From: Candidatus Bathyarchaeota archaeon
GTDB taxonomy: Archaea; Thermoproteota; Bathyarchaeia; Bathyarchaeales; Bathycorpusculaceae
Length of the DNA stretch: 64,000 nucleotides
NCBI GenBank assembly: GCA_963775465.1
Contig: CAVZIW010000002.1
Span: 64,110 to 128,109 of the forward strand
Direction: 5' to 3'
The position numbers were made by a program, and so were the translations under genes. Below the pieces are notes generated by a model. That model was not told where the DNA came from and made no database searches. It saw nothing but the letters and a program-made list of their open reading frames with translations. Every line of letters begins with the position of its first letter. The stretch's first letter is position 1. This document shows positions 39,293 through 49,356 of the stretch, one piece after another.

Positions 39293-39570
39293 AAGTAACT
39301 CCCGATATCATTCGATATGAATTCATCGGCTCCCACGGTAAGGTAACGCAAAGCCTACACACAGACTACGTCGGGCTCAACGGGACCGTCATATCGGAAA
39401 CAAGAAACACCTTCACCTTCCAGCATGAAGGAAAGACCAAAAATATAATTAAAGAATCAGCAATTTTCAACTTCAAATTTGACGATGGCACCATCGTCCA
39501 AATTGACGGGAAACTATTAGTCGGAAGACCTGAGGATAGGTTAAAAAAAACAATGAAGAGGTTATGGTAA
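39289..39570 (+). CDS. rnp1: ribonuclease P protein component 1 (Rpp29/POP4)
   Basis: EFIG...GTVISETRNT...DGKLLVGRPEDR; conserved position in the operon. Confidence 0.93.
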   Translation: MKVTPDIIRYEFIGSHGKVTQSLHTDYVGLNGTVISETRNTFTFQHEGKTKNIIKESAIFNFKFDDGTIVQIDGKLLVGRPEDRLKKTMKRLW

Positions 39571-39571
39571 C

Positions 39572-39892
39572 ATGTCGATGACTTTCAAGAAACCAAAAAA
39601 AACCTGTGAAGACCGAAACTGCCCATTCCACGGAACACTTTCCGTAAGAGGCCGTGTTATGGAAGGCATCGTTCACACAGCAAAAATGGACAAAACCGTT
39701 ATTGTTGACAGGGAATTTCTCCAGTTCTCATCAAAATTCGTGCGCTACGAACGTAGACACGGACACATCCCATCTCATAATCCACCATGTATTGACGTAA
39801 AAGAAGGCGACCGAGTAAAAATCGCTGAATGCAGACCGATAAGCAAAACTGTTTCCTTTGTTGTCGTAGAAAAATTAGGAGAGGAAAAGTAA
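39572..39892 (+). CDS. rps17: 30S ribosomal protein uS17
   Basis: CEDRNCPFHG, ECRPISKT. Confidence 0.96.
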   Translation: MSMTFKKPKKTCEDRNCPFHGTLSVRGRVMEGIVHTAKMDKTVIVDREFLQFSSKFVRYERRHGHIPSHNPPCIDVKEGDRVKIAECRPISKTVSFVVVEKLGEEK

Positions 39893-39893
39893 A

Positions 39894-40334
39894 ATGGCCG
39901 CGAAAGCGAAACAGAGAGCCCTCGTAGCAAAAGGTATGTTGTCCCATGGACAAAAAATCAGCCGTGGACTATTAGCAGGATCCGAAATGAAATGTACCGA
40001 TAACACAGGCGCACGTGTATTGCGCTTGATTCAAGCAATGGGCTATAAAGGTCGCCTAAGACGCTATCCTTCAGCAACAGTTGGTGACAAAGTCACCGTT
40101 TCAGTACGCCAAGGTTCACCAGACATGCGTAAAAAGATTTTCCAAGCGGTCATCGTACGTCAAAGAAAAACCTATAGACGAATTGACGGAGTTTGGGTAC
40201 AATTTGAAGATAACGCAGCAGTAATTATAACTCCGGACGGTGAAATGAAAGGTTCAGAAATTCGAGGTCCAGTGGCAAGAGAGGCAGCCGAAAGATGGCC
40301 TAGAATCGCAAGTGCCTCAAGCATAATCGTATAG
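39894..40334 (+). CDS. rpl14: 50S ribosomal protein uL14
   Basis: DNTGA, FEDNAAVI, GPVAREAAERWP. Confidence 0.97.
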   Translation: MAAKAKQRALVAKGMLSHGQKISRGLLAGSEMKCTDNTGARVLRLIQAMGYKGRLRRYPSATVGDKVTVSVRQGSPDMRKKIFQAVIVRQRKTYRRIDGVWVQFEDNAAVIITPDGEMKGSEIRGPVAREAAERWPRIASASSIIV

Positions 40335-40937
40335 GTGAAAAAAATGCAGACAAACCGAGTAAAGAATCCGCGAAAACAAAGAAAAATGTTGTACAATGCT
40401 CCTGCTCACAAACGTCACAAACTCATGGCAGCTCCATTGTCAAATGAACTTGCCGCTTCGAAAGGACCAAAAACTCTTCCAGTACGCAAAGGCGACACTG
40501 TTCGTATTCAACGTGGAGACCACAAAGGCTTTGAAGGCAAGGTTTCCCGTGTTGACCTTAGAGAATACCGCATATACCTCGAAGGTTTAACTCGAGAAAA
40601 GACCGATGGAACGAACATTTTCCTTCCAATTCATCCATCAAAGGTTCAAATACGCAACCTAAACTTGGACGATAAATGGCGAAAAAATATCCTTGGCAGA
40701 AAGAAGGTTTCGGCCAAAGAAGAAAAGGAAAAATTCAAACCAAAGAAAACTGAAACTCCAGCCAAGATAGAAGAAGCAGCACCTGAAGAAGACAACGCGC
40801 TTGTCGAAGCCAAACCAACGAAGAATCTTTCAGTTAAACCGAAAGCAAAAGCAAAGAAAATAGTTAAAGTAACAGAGGAAGCAGAAGCCGCTCCAAAAGA
40901 ACGAGCTAAGAAAACCTCTGAGAAAAAGGAGGAATAA
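40335..40937 (+). CDS. rpl24: 50S ribosomal protein uL24 with K/E/A-rich tail
   Basis: PRKQRK...NAPAH, VRKGDTVRIQRG, IHPSKV. Confidence 0.95.
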   Translation: MKKMQTNRVKNPRKQRKMLYNAPAHKRHKLMAAPLSNELAASKGPKTLPVRKGDTVRIQRGDHKGFEGKVSRVDLREYRIYLEGLTREKTDGTNIFLPIHPSKVQIRNLNLDDKWRKNILGRKKVSAKEEKEKFKPKKTETPAKIEEAAPEEDNALVEAKPTKNLSVKPKAKAKKIVKVTEEAEAAPKERAKKTSEKKEE

Positions 40938-40940
40938 AAC

Positions 40941-41705
40941 TTGGGTAAAAAAGGAAAAACTGCAAGGCTAAAACGCAAGCCAGCACCGGCATTCTGGCCT
41001 ATTCACAGAAAAGAATTGCCATGGATAGTTAAGCCTTCACCAGGCTCGCACTCACTTAAAAAATGCTTGCCTCTGACCATGGTATTGCGCGATATTCTGG
41101 GCGTAGCTCAAACAAGAAAAGAAGCCAAACTCATACTTGATCAAGGCAAAGTCCTATTGGATGGCAAAATCTGCAAGCAAGATGACATTCCCGTAGGCTT
41201 GATGGATGTAATCTCAATACCTGACATGAACACTTACTACCGCGTTATGCCCTCTCACAAAGGTCTTATATTAAATCCAATAAGCAAAGAAGAATCGAAA
41301 ATAAAGCTATTCCGAGTAGAAAACAAAACCACAGTCCATAACGGTATACAAATTGCACTGCATGACGGTTCCAACATTATAGTAAAAGTAGCTGACTCCA
41401 AAAATCATCACGAAGTCACATATCAAACATTTGACGTCATAAAAGTAGCCTATCCAGAAAAGCAAGTTGTCCAAACTCTGAAAACCAAAGAGGGCAACAT
41501 TGCCGTAATTACAGGCGGAAAAAACATCGGAAAACAAGGCAAAATTGTTGAAATCGAAAAAACCGAAGCAAAAAAACGTCACCAAGCCCTCGTACTCATC
41601 GAAGACTCAAAAGGTACACGATACCAAACAATCCTTGACTTCGTCTTCTCTATCGGTGAAACGGAACAACTCGTAACAACAACGGAGGCATCTCAAATTG
41701 TCTGA
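40941..41705 (+). CDS. rps4e: 30S ribosomal protein eS4
   Basis: LKRKPAPAFWPI, PSPGSH, PVGLMDVI. Confidence 0.96.
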   Translation: MGKKGKTARLKRKPAPAFWPIHRKELPWIVKPSPGSHSLKKCLPLTMVLRDILGVAQTRKEAKLILDQGKVLLDGKICKQDDIPVGLMDVISIPDMNTYYRVMPSHKGLILNPISKEESKIKLFRVENKTTVHNGIQIALHDGSNIIVKVADSKNHHEVTYQTFDVIKVAYPEKQVVQTLKTKEGNIAVITGGKNIGKQGKIVEIEKTEAKKRHQALVLIEDSKGTRYQTILDFVFSIGETEQLVTTTEASQIV

Positions 41706-42240
41706 AGAAGAGGCATTCACTAAAACTTGGGAAGAACATCCAATGCGTTTGCCCCGCATTGAAAAAGTTGTTGTTAACCTAAACGTCGGCAAATCAGGGG
41801 AACCACTAGAAAAAGCAAACAAAGTCCTTGAAGAAATTACAGGCCAAACCCCAGTTAAGAGGAAAGCAAAGAAAACTATTCGCGACTTTGGTATACGAGA
41901 AGGCGAATCAATCGCCGTAGTAGTTACTTTACGTAAACAGAAAGCAATAGACTTCCTTAAAAAAATCCTACCAATTGTCGACAATAAAATTTCAGCCAGA
42001 TCCTTTGATGTGCGTGGAAACTTTTCTTTCGGACTTAAAGAACATATCGAAATTCCAGGCGTCAAATATGATCCTGATGTTGGAATCTTCGGTATGGATG
42101 TATGTGTTACCATTAACCGACCAGGTCAAAGAGTAAAAATTCGCAAAAAACAGGACAAATCAATAGGTCCAAAACATGTACTCACGCCTGAAGAATCAAT
42201 CGCCTTTGTTAAACAATTATTGGGAGTAGAAATAACCTAA
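41698..42240 (+). CDS. rpl5: 50S ribosomal protein uL5
   Basis: [34 protein letters not shown]. Confidence 0.97.
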   Translation: MSEEEAFTKTWEEHPMRLPRIEKVVVNLNVGKSGEPLEKANKVLEEITGQTPVKRKAKKTIRDFGIREGESIAVVVTLRKQKAIDFLKKILPIVDNKISARSFDVRGNFSFGLKEHIEIPGVKYDPDVGIFGMDVCVTINRPGQRVKIRKKQDKSIGPKHVLTPEESIAFVKQLLGVEIT

Positions 42241-42256
42241 ACCTGAGTGTGAAATT

Positions 42257-42421
42257 ATGGGAAAACAGCAAGTAAAGAAAGAAAGAAAATACGGTAAAGG
42301 TTCACGGCCATGTGTAAGATGCGGTTCTTATGGTCCAGTCATCAGACGTTATGATTTATATTTATGTCGGCATTGCTTTAGAGAAGCTGCCCCAAAATTA
42401 GGGTTCAAAAAATATGAGTAG
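42257..42421 (+). CDS. rps14: 30S ribosomal protein uS14 (zinc-binding, 54 aa)
   Basis: Not in the track: [54 protein letters not shown]. Confidence 0.96.
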   Translation: MGKQQVKKERKYGKGSRPCVRCGSYGPVIRRYDLYLCRHCFREAAPKLGFKKYE

Positions 42422-42437
42422 GAGCTAAAGAAAAACA

Positions 42438-42821
42438 ATGGATACTTTAACAAACGGTCTTATCACCATCATAAACAACGAAACACGCAACAAGCGTGAA
42501 TGCATAATCAGCCCTGCCTCCAAACTCTTGGGGCGAGTGCTACGAATCATGCAACTCAACGGTTACATTGGCGAATTCGAATTCATTGATGACGGTCGCC
42601 AAGGAAAATTCAAAGTTCAACTTCTCGGCAGAATAAATAAATGTGGTCCAGTTAAACCACGTTTCGCAGTGAAAGCTAATGAATTTGAAAATTGGGAAAA
42701 GAAATTTCTGCCGTCACGTGACGTCGGTTTGATGGTTGTTTCAACATCCAAAGGTGTAATTGCCCACAAGAATGCCGAAGAAAAAAACCTTGGAGGAAGG
42801 CTATTAGCCTTCATATATTAG
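42438..42821 (+). CDS. rps8: 30S ribosomal protein uS8
   Basis: GYIGEFEFIDDGRQG, STSKG, GGRLLAFIY. Confidence 0.97.
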   Translation: MDTLTNGLITIINNETRNKRECIISPASKLLGRVLRIMQLNGYIGEFEFIDDGRQGKFKVQLLGRINKCGPVKPRFAVKANEFENWEKKFLPSRDVGLMVVSTSKGVIAHKNAEEKNLGGRLLAFIY

Positions 42822-42834
42822 GAGTGGTAACGTA

Positions 42835-43380
42835 ATGCGGCTTCCAGAAATATCCAAAACAGTCGAAGTTCCCGATGACGTAAGCTTAAGTTTAAAAGGC
42901 AAAAAAGTAAGTGTCAAAGGCGAAAAAGGCTCCTTAACACGTGACTTCTCTTATGCAACAGTAGCCATCGAAAGTGAAGGCAAAAACGTCCGCATCTCAG
43001 CTAAATGGCCCCGCAAAAAGGAAGCTGCCCTTGTAGGAACAATCTACTCACACATCCAAAACATGATAACAGGCGTAACCAAAGGTTACAACTACAAGCT
43101 GAAAATCGTATTTTCACACTTCCCCATATCTGCAAAAATCCAGGATAAATCTGTCGTAATTGAAAATTTTACAGGAGAACGAAGGGCACGCCTGATAAAA
43201 ATCGTTGGCGACGTCAAGGTAAAGATTGACCCTGAAGACATAATCATCTCCGGCATAAACCTTGAAGAAGTAAGCCAAACCGCAGCTAATATTGAACAAT
43301 CAACTCGCGTTCGAGGAAAAGACCCTCGTGTCTTCCTTGACGGTGTTTATGTTTATGAAAGAAACGAAGGCATGACATAA
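42835..43380 (+). CDS. rpl6: 50S ribosomal protein uL6
   Basis: NMITGVTKG, SHFP, KDPRVFLDGVY. Confidence 0.97.
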   Translation: MRLPEISKTVEVPDDVSLSLKGKKVSVKGEKGSLTRDFSYATVAIESEGKNVRISAKWPRKKEAALVGTIYSHIQNMITGVTKGYNYKLKIVFSHFPISAKIQDKSVVIENFTGERRARLIKIVGDVKVKIDPEDIIISGINLEEVSQTAANIEQSTRVRGKDPRVFLDGVYVYERNEGMT

Positions 43381-43934
43381 TGACTGAAAAGAAAATCTCA
43401 CCATCACAAAAAGCGCTCAAGGTAAGAGCACGCGCCAAAGCAAAAAAACCAAAGTTTGTGCGTGCCGAAAGCTGGAGATATGCACGCTTTAGTTTAAGCT
43501 GGAGAAAACCCCGTGGTCTCGACAATAAAATCCGCAGAAAAATCTTAGGTTGGCCACCAGGACCAAGCATGGGTTATAAGGGACCAAAAATCGCTCGATA
43601 CCTGCATCCATCAGGGTATCGCGAAGTAATGGTTAACAATGTAGCAGACTTATTGCCCATTGACCCAAGCACTCAGGCAGCACGAATATCCCATACTGTA
43701 GGCAAACGTAAACGTGCAGACATCATCGCAAAAGCTAAAGAACTTAATGTTAAGATTTTGAATATTAAAATCACCGCTGAGACAGAAGAAAAGGAAGCTG
43801 AGGAAGAAGCAGACGCTGAAGTTGCTGAAGAAAAGGTCAAGAAAGAAGAGAAGAAACCAAAGAAAACGAAAAAAGAGGAAAAGAAAGCTCCAAAAGCAAA
43901 AGCTAAAGCAAAGAAGGAGAAAAAGAAACAATGA
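43380..43934 (+). CDS. rpl32e: 50S ribosomal protein eL32 with E/K-rich tail
   Basis: WRKPRGLDNK, LHPSG, VGKRKR. Confidence 0.95.
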   Translation: MTEKKISPSQKALKVRARAKAKKPKFVRAESWRYARFSLSWRKPRGLDNKIRRKILGWPPGPSMGYKGPKIARYLHPSGYREVMVNNVADLLPIDPSTQAARISHTVGKRKRADIIAKAKELNVKILNIKITAETEEKEAEEEADAEVAEEKVKKEEKKPKKTKKEEKKAPKAKAKAKKEKKKQ

Positions 43935-44386
43935 CTGACTTAAAAGGGCAAAGACGCCTCGCTGCTCAAATCCTCAAGATTGGACAAAACCGTGTTTGGA
44001 TTAACCCGGAACGTATGAGCGATGTAGACGGCGCCATAACAAGAGAAGAAGTACGTAAGCTTATTCACGAGAAAATCATAATCTCATTACCTCAGAAAGG
44101 CGTCAGCCGCTCAAGAGCTAAAAGCATTCGAGCTAAAAAAGCCCTAGGCAGACGTAGCGGACCAGGCTCCGTTACAGGTGCGGGCCTAGCAAAAGTAACC
44201 AAGAAAGAAGTCTGGATGATAAGAATCCGTTCCCTGCGCCGCAAACTTCGAGAGTTAAAAGCAAGCAGAGTCATAACAGAAACAACCTACACTCAATACT
44301 ACAGAATGGCCGGTAGCGGAAGGTTCAACTCCATTGCAGAACTGGAGCGTAACCTCAAAGAGCATGATCTATGGAGGAAACGTTAG
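43931..44386 (+). CDS. rpl19e: 50S ribosomal protein eL19
   Basis: QRRLAAQIL...RVWINP, WMIRIRSLRR. Confidence 0.96.
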   Translation: MTDLKGQRRLAAQILKIGQNRVWINPERMSDVDGAITREEVRKLIHEKIIISLPQKGVSRSRAKSIRAKKALGRRSGPGSVTGAGLAKVTKKEVWMIRIRSLRRKLRELKASRVITETTYTQYYRMAGSGRFNSIAELERNLKEHDLWRKR

Positions 44387-45403
44387 ATGGCAAATAGCAG
44401 TAATTACCGCGTGCAACTAAGACGTAGACGTGAAGGAAAAACCGACTATCAAGCACGTAAAGCCCTAGTGATATCTAGACGCCCACGACTTGTAACACGC
44501 ACTTCAAATCGTAACGTAAACGCACAAATAGTAGTTGCAAAACAAAAAGGCGACCAGGTTTTGGCAGCAGCTAACAGTCGTGAGCTAATCAAAAAATACG
44601 GTTGGAAAGCGCCCACAGGTAACATTCCAGCAGCTTACCTAACGGGGTTGCTTGTTGGCTTGAAAGCCAAAGCTGCAGGTATCGATGGATCAATACTAGA
44701 TATTGGGCTAATCACTCCGACGAAAGGCGCCCGAATCTTCGCTGTCTTAAGTGGCGTAGTAGATGCCGGTATCGAAGTTCCTCACAGTGAAGAAAAACTC
44801 GACAAAAACCGCTTAAAAGGCGACCATATTGCATGGTATGCTAAGAATTTAGGTCCAGACTCAGAAGAATACAACGCAAAATTCAGCAAATATAGAGCTG
44901 GTGGTGTTGTACCTGAAAAGGTTGCAGAACACTTCAGCAAGATCCGAGCTGAAATTGTAAGTTCCTTTAAGGGGGCAAAGGTTGCTCCTGAACCACAAAG
45001 CGCTCCTGAGCCTAAAATCAAAGTTCCTAAACAAGTAGCCAAAGCTACTTCTACATCAAAAGCGGATCTTAAAGCTAAAGTTGAGCAAAAAGCCCAACCA
45101 AAGGTTGGAGTCAAGCAAGTTCCAAAGGTTGAAGCAGAGTCTGCCCCCAAAACTGAAGTTAAACCAGAAACAAAAAGTGCAGAAGAAAAAATAGCTATAG
45201 CAAAGCCTCCTAAAGCAACGGAAAAAGTGGCTCCTAAAGAGAAAGCGGGGGTCAAGGCAAAAGTAATCAAAGAGGCACCGAAAACAAAATCAGCCTCCAA
45301 AAAAGAAGCTTTGCCAAGAAAAGTAGTGCCAAAAGCTGAAACTGCGAAAAAAGTAGAGGCACCTAAAGAAAAGCCAGCTAAGAAAGGTGGAAAGAAAGTA
45401 TGA
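44387..45403 (+). CDS. rpl18: 50S ribosomal protein uL18 with ~140-aa K/A/P-rich tail
   Basis: RRRREGKTDY, NIPAAYLTG, ILDIGL. Confidence 0.95.
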   Translation: MANSSNYRVQLRRRREGKTDYQARKALVISRRPRLVTRTSNRNVNAQIVVAKQKGDQVLAAANSRELIKKYGWKAPTGNIPAAYLTGLLVGLKAKAAGIDGSILDIGLITPTKGARIFAVLSGVVDAGIEVPHSEEKLDKNRLKGDHIAWYAKNLGPDSEEYNAKFSKYRAGGVVPEKVAEHFSKIRAEIVSSFKGAKVAPEPQSAPEPKIKVPKQVAKATSTSKADLKAKVEQKAQPKVGVKQVPKVEAESAPKTEVKPETKSAEEKIAIAKPPKATEKVAPKEKAGVKAKVIKEAPKTKSASKKEALPRKVVPKAETAKKVEAPKEKPAKKGGKKV

Positions 45404-46059
45404 GTCAAAGAGATAGAAGTAGAGATAGCGATAGACGCCAAGCAAGCCTAGAAGCTTGGGTTCCCAAAACTCGTCTTGGCAAGATGATTCAGGAAGGAAA
45501 AATTACAACAATCGAGGATGTGTTCCTAAGCGGCATAAAAATTAGCGAACCTCAAATCGTTGATTCCTTGATTCCTGATTTGCAAGAAGAAGTTATAAAC
45601 GTTAACCTCGTTCAGAAACAAACCGATGCAGGCGAAAAATCCCGATTCAAAGCAATTGTTGCAGTGGGTAACCGTGATGGCTACATCGGCTTGGGAAGTG
45701 GAAAAGCTAATCAAGTGCGCAACGCCATCGAGAAGGCCTCAGCAAATGCCCGTCTAAACATAATTCCCGTTAAGCGTGGATGTGGAAGTTGGGAGTGCGG
45801 TTGTGGAAAACAGCATTCGATTCCTTTCCAAGTGGAGGGAAGATGTGGTGGTGTTCGTGTAATAATTGTTCCAGGTCCTAGAGGCTTAGGCCTTGTTTCG
45901 AGCGAAGTGGCTAAGGTCATCTTAGGTCTGGCGGGAGTAAAGGATCTTTGGATGCGAAGCTACGGTTCTACAAGAACTGTCCCCTCATATGCGTGCGCAA
46001 TCTTTGATGGCTTGCGGAAAACATACAATTTGATTACTACAGTGGACTGGGTGAAATAA
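45400..46059 (+). CDS. rps5: 30S ribosomal protein uS5
   Basis: WVPKTRLG, QKQTDAG, RGCGSWEC, PRGLGL. Confidence 0.97.
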   Translation: MSQRDRSRDSDRRQASLEAWVPKTRLGKMIQEGKITTIEDVFLSGIKISEPQIVDSLIPDLQEEVINVNLVQKQTDAGEKSRFKAIVAVGNRDGYIGLGSGKANQVRNAIEKASANARLNIIPVKRGCGSWECGCGKQHSIPFQVEGRCGGVRVIIVPGPRGLGLVSSEVAKVILGLAGVKDLWMRSYGSTRTVPSYACAIFDGLRKTYNLITTVDWVK

Positions 46060-46061
46060 GC

Positions 46062-46550
46062 ATGACGCCAAAAACTGAACAAGCCAAAACCTTACTGGTC
46101 GTAAAAATTCGTGGGACAGTTAGAGCGCAACGAGAGACCCGAGAAACCCTTGACCTCTTGCGTTTAGGTCATACTAACCACGCTATTTTGATTGACAGCC
46201 GACCAGCCTACAAAGGAATGCTTCAACGAGTAAACAGCTACGTCACGTATGGAGAACCTAGCAAAGATCTCGTAGCGGCCATGATAGCTAAACGTGGACG
46301 ACTTGCGGGTGACAAAAAAATTACTGACGAATACCTTCAGAAAACAGGATATAAGAACGTTGACGAACTTGCAGAAGCTATAACAACACTCCAAACAGAA
46401 TACAAGAGCCTGCCTAATATAGAACCACGCTTCAAACTGCATCCTCCAAGCAAAGGGTTTAAGGGTCAAATTAAGAAAGGTTTTAAAGCAGGCGGCGAAG
46501 CGGGTTATCGCGGAGAAGCTATAAACGATCTTGTTAAACGAATGATTTAG
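46062..46550 (+). CDS. rpl30: 50S ribosomal protein uL30
   Basis: GMLQRVNSYVTYGE, FKLHPPSKG, GYRGEAINDL. Confidence 0.95.
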   Translation: MTPKTEQAKTLLVVKIRGTVRAQRETRETLDLLRLGHTNHAILIDSRPAYKGMLQRVNSYVTYGEPSKDLVAAMIAKRGRLAGDKKITDEYLQKTGYKNVDELAEAITTLQTEYKSLPNIEPRFKLHPPSKGFKGQIKKGFKAGGEAGYRGEAINDLVKRMI

Positions 46551-46637
46551 CAGCCATCGCATCTAATTTTTGTTTCTACATAATTTTATTTTTCAAAAAC
46601 TTACAGTTGCAGTAAATTTTGGAGGATTGCAACGATA

Positions 46638-46657
46638 ATTGTAAATATTATTACAAT
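46638..46657. promoter_or_regulatory. inverted repeat ATTGTAA-N6-TTACAAT, candidate regulator site
   Basis: Perfect 7-bp arms in the rpl30-hsp20 intergenic region. Confidence 0.3.
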
Positions 46658-46911
46658 GTTTAATCACTTTCACTCGCTTATTATTTGATTTATCCCTAAA
46701 GGGTTGGTCAATACAAAGAAATGGGTTTGCAGACTTTTTACTATAAAAAAGAAACGATGCAGTACACAGCTAAAGTTAACATCGCTAAAGGTCTGTAATC
46801 AGCATTTTCATAGCTATTCTACAATTTGCTCTTCGACTCTTTTCTTACCTTTTATGTGCGATACGTTTTATAATATCCAACGTGCACTTCGTTAGGTAAT
46901 TGGAGGGGGAA

Positions 46912-47339
46912 TTGAAACGAGTGCAAAATGGAGAAGAACCTACAAGAGCAAGAAATGGCTGGATTTTAACTCACCAAAAACCCAAAAATCTCAATCTAAA
47001 AATTCAAAAACTATTTCTATCCATTCAAGTTTTAGGTCATCTAAAAGCTTTGCGAAGAAAAAACTTGTTGAGCCCAAACCTTTAATTGACATTTTTCAGG
47101 ATGCCAATAATATAACGATAGTTGCTGAAATCGCAGGCTTTAATAAGGAAACCTTTAAAATTAATGTGAAAGACCAGAAAATTACGCTTTCGGCAAAATC
47201 AAAAGAGCGAAGATACTATAAAAGTTTAAATTTACCGAAGGTAGTCATACCAAACGCAATGCACACCAAATACAAGAATGGCGTGCTAGAAATCAAATTA
47301 AAAAAAGCAGAAACAGAAGCTGACCAACATGCCCCATAA
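46912..47339 (+). CDS. Hsp20/alpha-crystallin protein (start out of frame; error, pseudogene or ATT start)
   Basis: Not in the track. The open frame 46911-47339 reads ...WRRTYKSKKWLDF...EPKPLIDIFQD...VAEIAGF...YYKSLNLP...YKNGVLEIKL. A GGAGG SD precedes TTG 46912 (off by one) and ATT 46911 (in frame). Overlaps the rpl15 start. Confidence 0.75.
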
Positions 47340-47757
47340 ACTAAGAAAAATCAGAAAATTTAGAGGCACCAGAACACAAGGTTACGGAAGAATCGGTCAA
47401 CACCGAGACAGTGGCAGCAAAGGCAACCGCAAAGTCGGACGCCACAAACACCTCTGGAGCAAAATCGTAACCTCTGAACCAAACTATTTCGGGAAACACG
47501 GATTCCACTCACCTCAAGCTATACACAAGATCGAGAGGACCATAAACCTGCAAAAGATCGACCAAATGGCCGTTAGTTCAGAACTTAATTTAACAGAATT
47601 GGGATACACGAAACTTCTAGGCTCAGGGAAAATTACCCGAGCATTAACTATCCAAGTTAAAGAAGCCTCAAAATCCGCCCAGCAAAAAGTTCAAAATGCT
47701 GGCGGAAAACTAATTTTATCAATAGCCGAAGAAGAATTCGAAACAACTGAGGAGTAA
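47329..47757 (+). CDS. rpl15: 50S ribosomal protein uL15
   Basis: RGTRTQGYGRIGQHR, FGKHGF, KLLGSG. Confidence 0.95.
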   Translation: MPHKLRKIRKFRGTRTQGYGRIGQHRDSGSKGNRKVGRHKHLWSKIVTSEPNYFGKHGFHSPQAIHKIERTINLQKIDQMAVSSELNLTELGYTKLLGSGKITRALTIQVKEASKSAQQKVQNAGGKLILSIAEEEFETTEE

Positions 47758-47766
47758 ATCAGTTAA

Positions 47767-49224
47767 ATGCCCGGAAGATTTCTCAGCCTCTTCAAACCCA
47801 TAGGAAGAGTCTTACCAGAAATCAAAAAACCCGAACGCAAAGTTTCTTTTAACGAAAAAATCTTCTGGACAGCCTTAGTTCTTGTTGTTTTCCTTGTAAT
47901 GACGGAGATTCCGCTCTTCGGTGTCGCCCAAAGCGCCCAAGATCAATTCGGTGCTCTTCGCGTTATTTTCGCATCTAACCGCGGGACGCTAATGGAACTC
48001 GGTATTGGACCCATCGTCACTGCTGGATTAATCTTACAATTACTTGCTGGCTCAAGCATAATAAAATGTGATATGTCAAACCCTGAAGATAGAGGGCTCT
48101 TTACCTCTGCAAGCAAGGTTTTCAGTATCTTACTTACTGGTATTCAAGCAGGTGCTTATCTTCTAAGCGGTATGTACGGAGCCCCCTTCACTACTGATCT
48201 TCCTGGGGGTGTAGTTCTTATCATTTTCCTGCAATTACTTGGTGCTGGCGTAATTGTCATGCTTATGGACGAACTTGTCCAAAAAGGGTGGGGATTAGGC
48301 AGCGGAATCAGCCTTTTCATCATGGCTGGAGTTGCCCAAAACATTATGTGGTCAACCTTCTCGCCCCAAACAGGTTTATTCGTTGGAGGTCTTTCAGCAT
48401 TCTTAAGCCGCGTTTCACCCTTTGACGTTGGAAATCCCACATTAACGTACCTGTTCGGCTCTGCTGGAGGAATTTATCCATCTGTTTTGGGTTTGATTGC
48501 AACCATAGTGGTGTTTCTGATAGTTATCTATCTGCAAGGAGTAAGAGTTGAACTTCCTATGAGTTATGCAGGCTACAAAGGGTTCCGCAGTAGATACCCA
48601 ATTAAACTCCTATACGTTAGCAACCTACCTGTTATCTTTGCCTCAGCACTATTCGCCAACGTTTACTTCTTTAGTCAGCTACTCTGGGCCAATTTTGGGC
48701 GGCCAGCACCAGGTACCAATTTGTTCTTCCAAATCATCGGTGACTACAACCAGACTGTGTCAAGTACAGGTGACACAAGCATAACACCTGTCGGGGGATT
48801 AGCCTACTTTGTTACAGCACCACATAGCATACAAGGAGTTATTGCTGCTCCACTTCAAGCTGCCGTTTACTTAGGCGTAATCGTGGTCTTTTGTGCTGTC
48901 TTCTCATTGATATGGCTTGAAGTTGGCGGTTTAGGGCCTGCCAAGGTTGCTAAGCAACTCATGGATAGCGGAATGCAGATCCCTGGATATCGACGCAGCG
49001 GACGCCCCATAGAAGCAATCCTAAAACGCTATATCCCCGTTGTTACAGTTCTTGGTGGTATATTCGTTGGGTTATTGGCTGGTCTTTCGGACTTCTTTGG
49101 AGCATTCGGCACCGGCACAGGTATCTTGCTTTCAGTAGGCATTATATACCAGTATTACGAGTTGCTTATGCGAGAACGTGCTGCAGAAATGTTCCCGGCC
49201 TTTAGGAGAATATTAGGAGAATAA
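47767..49224 (+). CDS. secY: protein translocase SecY/Sec61alpha
   Basis: GTLMELGIGPIVTA, GWGLGSGISLFI, YPIKLLYVSNLP, GTGILL. Confidence 0.98.
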   Translation: MPGRFLSLFKPIGRVLPEIKKPERKVSFNEKIFWTALVLVVFLVMTEIPLFGVAQSAQDQFGALRVIFASNRGTLMELGIGPIVTAGLILQLLAGSSIIKCDMSNPEDRGLFTSASKVFSILLTGIQAGAYLLSGMYGAPFTTDLPGGVVLIIFLQLLGAGVIVMLMDELVQKGWGLGSGISLFIMAGVAQNIMWSTFSPQTGLFVGGLSAFLSRVSPFDVGNPTLTYLFGSAGGIYPSVLGLIATIVVFLIVIYLQGVRVELPMSYAGYKGFRSRYPIKLLYVSNLPVIFASALFANVYFFSQLLWANFGRPAPGTNLFFQIIGDYNQTVSSTGDTSITPVGGLAYFVTAPHSIQGVIAAPLQAAVYLGVIVVFCAVFSLIWLEVGGLGPAKVAKQLMDSGMQIPGYRRSGRPIEAILKRYIPVVTVLGGIFVGLLAGLSDFFGAFGTGTGILLSVGIIYQYYELLMRERAAEMFPAFRRILGE

Positions 49225-49356
49225 GCTCTGAATAAATAGGCAAAATTTGCTTTTTTATTCTTTATATCATATTTTTCTTTGTTCGAAGGTATTATTAATT
49301 AACGTCCTGAAGGGTCTGAATGTGAATTCATTACCAGACTAAATCAGTTGAAAACA

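Noticed and set aside
46900-47085. 61-aa track ORF MEGELKRVQ...
   Set aside because: Wrong frame of the Hsp20 gene.
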